A stretch of 40,150 bases of DNA. Origin: Vezdaea acicularis. Taxonomy: Eukaryota. Shown in pieces: positions 34,596-40,150 of this stretch. Under the pieces are notes generated by a model that worked only from the letters and a program-made list of their open reading frames with translations, made no database searches and was not told where the DNA came from. The DNA lies in contig JAPEUI010000135.1 of assembly GCA_026025075.1 (NCBI GenBank), forward strand, positions 1 through 40,150, written 5' to 3'. How positions within the stretch are numbered: the stretch's first letter is position 1; each line of letters opens with the position of its first letter. The position numbers were made by a program, and so were the translations under genes.

Positions 34596-37474
34596 TCATT
34601 CCCTGCCGATCTTCTGGGCGATAGAGTCATACCACTCGCCATGAGCGTCTCGGTCAACAGATCCTACTCTACCTAATTCATCAACCAGCCCTCCAACCCT
34701 ATTCACAAATTCTGGAAGTCCACTGCTTGCGAGAGATTCACTCGCGTTGCTTGCGAGTCTGACTCTATCACTTGCACTTGTTGCACTCAATCGTAAGAAA
34801 ATATGACTCTTAAGCCTTTGGAATAGTAGCCGCATCACTGGATCAGTGACGATCTTAGAGTGGACCTGTGTTGCAACGCGCAGCACCATTGCTGAAAGCG
34901 TAGGCGCTAGATTTGGAGGTATTGTTTGAGCTGAGGCAAGTATACTCAGTATGCGATTTACACAATCCTCTATTGATGAATCGTGTACTTCGATGAGAAT
35001 GCTAGCAACAGCGGCTGCTGCCGCTTTCCATTGCGTACGGACATCCCGCTTTAGTAGGTTCTTCGCCGTAAGTAAAATTGCGCCCACACCAACCATCTGA
35101 AGTGTGTCCGCACGCATACGTTTGATACGCTTCTCATCAAGCGACAAGGTCTCAGGAAGTTCCGTAGCTACAAGATCCACGGTTGAAATCGCAAGATCCG
35201 TAAGTCCCTGCATATAAATCTTTTCTAAAGTCAATCGGTTTCCTGGATGATTAACATCTTCGGGATTCCGTCGACTTGCTTCAGCCGCAACCTTTTCTTT
35301 CGCAGTTCGCCACCAAGTTTCGGTTCTCTCAAGAGATATTATGCCCTTGTCCAGGTCGGATGCAAAACGCCGACGTTCATAGCCACTAGCTTCCTTGATC
35401 AGAACTGGCGCCGACGATGCGATGCTGAAGTTCGTGTGATCAACTGTCATGAGATCAATAATGTGCATCAGCCTAGCCATACGGCTCACGTAGTCAGCGC
35501 TTTCATCGTCCGCCAATGCCTTAACTTCTGCATCGCGTGCTGGTGAGCACATTTGGGGTAGAACCGCATTAATGAAAGAGAAAAAGCGCTCATAAGAAAA
35601 GCTGCCATGTTCAAGCTCCCTCTTTATAAGGGTTTCGTCAAGTGTCTCAAGTATTGGAGTTCGAAGGGGACTCTTTGATGAGAGATGTAGTGTTAATTTC
35701 GTACGGATAGTATTTGCCATAAGCAATGTCCATTGGCTTCCATTTCCGTCCTCAATGTCTGCCTTCATAGTGTCAAACATAGAGCGAACAATCGCTCGAC
35801 GGTTACCTGCTTCGATTGTTTCCGAAGGATCGATACGATATCTTTTGTCAATCGCTAATTCGTGGACCAAAACCCGATTGTCTGGCAATAATGATGGGGG
35901 TTTGGTAATGGAAGAAACTCGATCGGCATGTTTCATATGGAGGGACGTGTCATTTGAGCTGAACGCTTCTAGCTTCTCTTCGATAGCAGCAGGAAATTCT
36001 GACGATGGCACAGCTGGTGAGTGTGAGGTTGAGACCGCGGTTCGTGGCCTAATATCACCCAAGGGCTTTTTCGCACTTGCTCTGAAAGCTACCCGGACAG
36101 CTTGAGCGATCATATTTTTAGCCTTCTCTGGCCCCGCAAGTCTTCTGATCTTCGCGAAAATGTTGATTTGATTATCGCGTATACCTTTTCGATACTCTTC
36201 TTTGACGACCTCCTCTGATTCTTCCTTGATCTTTCGCCAGATCATTTCCAACTCAACATACTGCGCGACCATGGTAGAAACCATGATCGTCGAATCACGG
36301 GCGGTCCAAGCAGATAAAGCCGATACGAAGGAGCGATACGTATCTGATAGTACTTGCTTCAATGATTGAGAAGGTTTGTATTGATTCGAGGGCCCCAAGT
36401 TTGACACTATGCGCTCAAAAGATACAAGTAAATCTTTAGACTTTGTCATCACGTCCTATCATACAGCTCAGCGTCACGCACGTAGAGTATTGTAAAGTTT
36501 GACATTACCTGCTCTTGATCGCCATTGTTGCTAAACACATGCGCTGGGTGCCCCAGTATCAAGAAGGCACTCAAGAATTTGCGTACCGTACTTGTATCTC
36601 CAATGGTGCCGTCATCACAAATGGGTACACCACATAATCGAAGTATTTTGGAAGCAGAGTTGAGAACTCTCTCTTGCGATAATAGAGCAGTCACACTTTC
36701 GAATGTCGTATCACGAACGCCTTCGACAGAAAGACCAAGTTGAAGAAACTCTTGTACATGAAGCCTTCGCTGTCGTATCCGCCAGATGGTTTGAATATAC
36801 CGCACAGACTTCTCATAGCTAGGAGCTGAAGCTTTTGGAGTGAGGGGATCTAGGCGAGGAGTGCTCATAGTTCTCGGTTTCTTCCCATTCCTCTGATATT
36901 CTGCTCTTCTTCTCTCGGCTTCTGCCAACTTCTCCTCCATGTCCTCTTCCCTCTTCCTTAAATCAGCCTCCCTTTTCTCTTTCATCTCACCCGCGATCTT
37001 CTTCGCTCGCCTAACTTCTTCAGCGCAGGAAGCTGCAACTTGTGCTAGATACTTGTCTCGAGCTTGTTGAGCCGCTAGGGCTCGTCCTTCCGAGTTCGAA
37101 GCTCTGGGAGCAGCCTTTACTGCTGCTGCGCGTAAGCGTACTTGTTCTGCGTGGATTGCCCGGTCAGCAAGCCTAGCCTTTCGGCTTTCGATGATAGAGG
37201 CTCGGCGCAGGTGCTGTGCAATGTGATTACTTTGAGGTCCATGATAGGAACGATGAGACCTCTGCGAATGGTGTGATTGCGTCGAGGAGAGTGAATTCCG
37301 TCTCGAGGAAGCGGCGGAAGAGCGCCGTCGCAGACCTGAAGGGCGCGAAAATCGAGCCGCAATATGTGGGGGTGGCGTGAAGACTTGACCAGAGTCATCA
37401 GAAGACATGATGTAGTCGTTGTCCTCTGGAATGTCAGCATGAGATGTAGATGCACGATCATTAGAATGAGCCAT
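34596..37474 (-). CDS. T-complex 11 (Tcp11)/Sok1-like protein with an IQ-like motif, ~941 aa; exons 37474-36509, 36455-34596
   Basis: Ser/Arg-rich and coiled-coil N-terminus, IQTIWR (IQ-like), VRKFLSAFLILGHP, CSPARDAEV, YERRRF and LPETLSLD typical of Tcp11-domain proteins. Phase-0 intron 36508-36456. Confidence 0.85.
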
Positions 37475-37971
37475 GGCGATAGCTTGGAAGAGATTGTTAC
37501 TGGGTCGGCTTCAATAAGATCCTCGAGACAAAGCGTGCTTTATTGAAGCTGAGGGCAGGGCCTAGTCGAATGATATAAAAGGCGGCAGGAAAGCATGAAT
37601 CCAAAAGGACAACACGGAGTCGTCATAAGTTGTGGAACGAGCAGTAAGAAAAGAAATAAATCAGTGGGGAGAAGAAAAGAGAAGGACTTGCGATGAAAAG
37701 TGTTTGGGATGGCGAGTTGCCTCGAAGAGCAAGTATGACGAATCTGATTATGGCCCGCATGTGTCAGCATCCGGTGGCTGGTGCACCAAAAATCTTGGAC
37801 TCGGGCCTTGTAAGAACCTCATGTGATTCGCCGACCTGTTTTCATGCCCTACAACCCGCACGCGGGTAACAAAAAGACCCGCAAACCAAGGCTTTAGCGA
37901 GGTACCCAGCGACCAAAATTGTGTGGAGCAGTACTTTGCTTTCTAGGCGAAACCTGCCTCTTTGGCCCATA

Positions 37972-38215
37972 CAGTGGATGGCTGAAAGTTTGCACACCCC
38001 TTCAAAAATTTGAAGTCCCGACAATCAGTTAATTCTGACAATTAAGCTGCTACAACGCACTTTTAAGAGAGTTTTAAGGCGTCACTTGCACTGCTGTGGG
38101 ACATGCTTTAGAAATTAAATTGATAAAATACTAATTCTATTGTGTTGCTGCCATCGTATTGGTGCATGCAGCGTTTATTTTTGCGAGGGGTGTGCAAATT
38201 TTCTGCCACCCAATG
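37972..38215. mobile_element. 244-bp MITE of the Tc1/mariner superfamily (mimp/impala-like termini) with TA target duplication
   Basis: Left TIR CAGTGGATGGCTGAAAGTTTGCACACCCCT versus right TIR (reverse complement) CATTGGGTGGCAGAAAATTTGCACACCCCT, 26/30 identical. TA at 37970-37971 and 38216-38217. AT-rich non-coding interior. Confidence 0.88.
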
Positions 38216-38439
38216 TACGCTGTGTGGGTTTTTTTGTCAACTGCCGTGTAATGACTGTATTAGCCCCTAGCTTCTATCAAGTCTTTTGGGATGAATAAAG
38301 GGTAAGGAGGCTAGCTTTGCTTCAGCTTTGCTTCTGCTTCGCCTAGCTCCCTAGCATCTAGCATAAGGCCAGGTAGTTTTTAGATCATTTGACATAGACA
38401 AGCGTAGCTATTAGAGCTGCCGCTTCCCTTAGGATAGCT

Positions 38440-38890
38440 CTTCAGCAATCAACTCATCTATTCATCTGAATAACTAGTAGGAAAGCATCCTCGCTTTGCT
38501 TTGTTTGATCTTTCTCCTATCTTGCTTTGCCTCGTCTTGCCTCGCCCCAGTTACTATCACTGCACCTAGTCTTTGTCTGCAAATTCTTGAGTCTTTGAGA
38601 GTTAGCTCATACGCCTACAGACCCTTGCTCCCTGACTAAGCACTGGCTTGTCCTTACACCGCTGCTCTGAAAACAACTTTTTAGCAATCAACTCATCAAT
38701 CCATCTGAACAAACTAATAGAAAAGCATACTTGCTTTGTCTTGCTCAAGCTCTGGCTTTTTTTGTCTTGCCTTGATCTAGCTACTATCCTTGCATCTAGT
38801 CATTACCTGCAAGTCTTTCAGCTTTTGCAAGTTGATCAAACGCCCACAGATCATTGCTCTTTGATGAAGCACTAGTATGTCCTTATCTCA
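38440..38890. repeat. Degenerate direct tandem duplication, period ~230-240 bp
   Basis: AGCAATCAACTCATC at 38444 and 38683. AAGCACT(G/A)G..TGTCCTTA at 38638 and 38867. Colinear similarity in between. Confidence 0.85.
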
Positions 38891-39019
38891 AGCAATAGAA
38901 GACACATATTGGCTAATAACTTTGTGCATATAAAGGAATCAATATCCTTTCACTTTGCTTCTCACTCCTGATACCTCTTGTTCTCTGCTTTACCTTAAGC
39001 CTGCTCTTGAAAAGTAATC

Positions 39020-39900
39020 ATGGAGTACGCATTTGAAGCTTTATCAATCTCGTCTGCTCCTAATGAAAACATTCCCCTAACGGCAATATTTCTGCCGCCA
39101 ACAATGGAACCCGGTAAGAAAAACTATGACAGATCATCTGCATAGAGTAATCTAACAGCTTTTAGATGTCCTAGCCATCTCTCTACCTCTGCTTGAACAA
39201 ATCAATCAAGATATCGCCAATCAAACTCTCTATAACTGCTTATGTGCATGTTAGCTGCAGTTAACCAGTGAGATTCATGAAATGAAGGTTCCAGAGGAAT
39301 TTGCCTTTCACCATTCGCCTATAAGAAAAATCATCATCTATGGACGTCTTCTGGTGCTGACTTGGAATGAGGAATTGAGAAGGGAGTCGGCAGTAATTGG
39401 CAGCATGAATTCACCTTTGGTTTTTAGCATCAAGCTCTCATTGGCAATGCTCTATACTTTAGCGCAACAAAGACTGATTGAGTCTGCAGAAGGATAATAT
39501 AGAAATCTTAAAGCGTTATTTTGATCTCCTCATCAATTGCTAAGATCTCACATAACCATCTGCTACTATTGGCTTGATGTTAAAAACTACCGCTAAGACC
39601 TTAATAGAGTAGACCAATGAAAGACATATCAATTCACACAGAATACAGCCAATATCTTTGCTTCTATTCACCTGCAGCACATTCATCAAATCATTGATCA
39701 GATGTCTGATCCTGTCATCAGCTCTTTTGCGTTAATAGCACATGATATAACTGAAGATACAATTGCTTGTAGCAAAGCTAATGGTCATATTTGAAAGAGG
39801 ATTAGTAGTGAAACGCACTTGAAAGATGATTAGCAGTAGAACAAACAGGGTATAAAGCATTCCGCCACTTTAGAGACAAAACACCTAATGTAACTGACAA
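39020..39900 (+). pseudogene. Intron-containing pseudogene with multiple in-frame stops
   Basis: ATG at 39020 and an intact intron 39114-39165 (GTAAGA..CTAAC..TAG). One protein-like frame continues through stops at 39252, 39495, 39522, 39594, 39618, 39792 and later. The 3' end is approximate. Confidence 0.6.
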
Positions 39901-39968
39901 ACAATTAAGCTGAATATACAAATGGGCCATCAAGGATGTCAAATCCAGATCCATCAACTGCATTTCCA

Positions 39969-40150
39969 ATGACAACATCACAACAGCAGAATTTAGTCTA
40001 TCAGCAAGGTAGGCTTGATCTGGCTGTTCCAGCATATCAGCAGGGTCACTTGAGGAATTATCGCACAGCTGCAAAGGCGTTTGATGTCTTTCGGACAACC
40101 CTAAAGCAATAGATCTTAGGACGGGCATCCAGACGCGACGCTGTCCCAAA
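39969..40150 (+). mobile_element. Pogo/Fot1-family DNA transposase N-terminus (HTH_psq-like), with premature stop; runs off the window end
   Basis: MTTSQQQNLVYQQGRLDLAVPAYQQGHLRNYRTAAKAFDVFRTTLKQ*ILGRASRRDAVP matches the GR..LA..A...G.....R.AA..FDVPRSTL..R..GR pattern of fungal Fot1/Pot transposases. TAG at 40110-40112. Confidence 0.82.

Noticed and set aside
37863..37869. Reb1-like CGGGTAA motif upstream of the Tcp11-like gene
   Set aside because: A single 7-mer is expected by chance in 40 kb, and there is no supporting evidence.
39252..40112. Premature stops as candidates for readthrough, A-to-I rescue or an alternative genetic code
   Set aside because: The stops are a mix of TAG, TAA and TGA confined to the degenerate region, and intact genes in the window use all three as terminators.
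39802..40149. 115-aa minus-strand ORF
   Set aside because: It is antisense to the recognisable transposase HTH on the plus strand.
1..40150. tRNA, rRNA or secondary-metabolite cluster
   Set aside because: No cloverleaf/T-loop context, rRNA motif, or PKS/NRPS/terpene synthase was seen by eye. A tRNAscan/Rfam run is needed to exclude small RNAs.

Overview
Eukaryotic DNA from a filamentous ascomycete (Pezizomycotina-like), judged from short GT-AG introns with CTRAY branch points and the gene families present. It has three zones. (1) Bases 1-7400 are a long, GC/CpG-rich stretch with no credible coding gene, which ends in the promoter and 5' UTR of a Ras GEF. (2) Bases 7400-37500 are a gene-dense block: SH3-RasGEF, class-3 lipase, Aco2/AcoB-type aconitase, UBA-ZnF-UBX protein, VAP/Scs2, sphingolipid delta-4 desaturase, acyl-protein thioesterase, Rae1/Gle2 and a Tcp11/Sok1-like protein. 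Two convergent genes I do not recognise sit inside this block at 19.4-24.4 kb. (3) Bases 37950-40150 are AT-richer and degenerate, with a Tc1/mariner-type MITE, a decayed ~235-bp tandem duplication, a stop-riddled intron-bearing pseudogene and the start of a broken pogo/Fot1 transposase. The most interesting item is a hand-spliced 6-exon, ~943-aa orphan gene (19379-22880). It combines an RGG patch, 30-aa Pro-rich repeats, a canonical eIF4E-binding motif (YDIEFLL) and five tandem LIDL-type clathrin-box-like motifs. All gene models were spliced by eye and family calls come from recognised motifs; no database searches were run.
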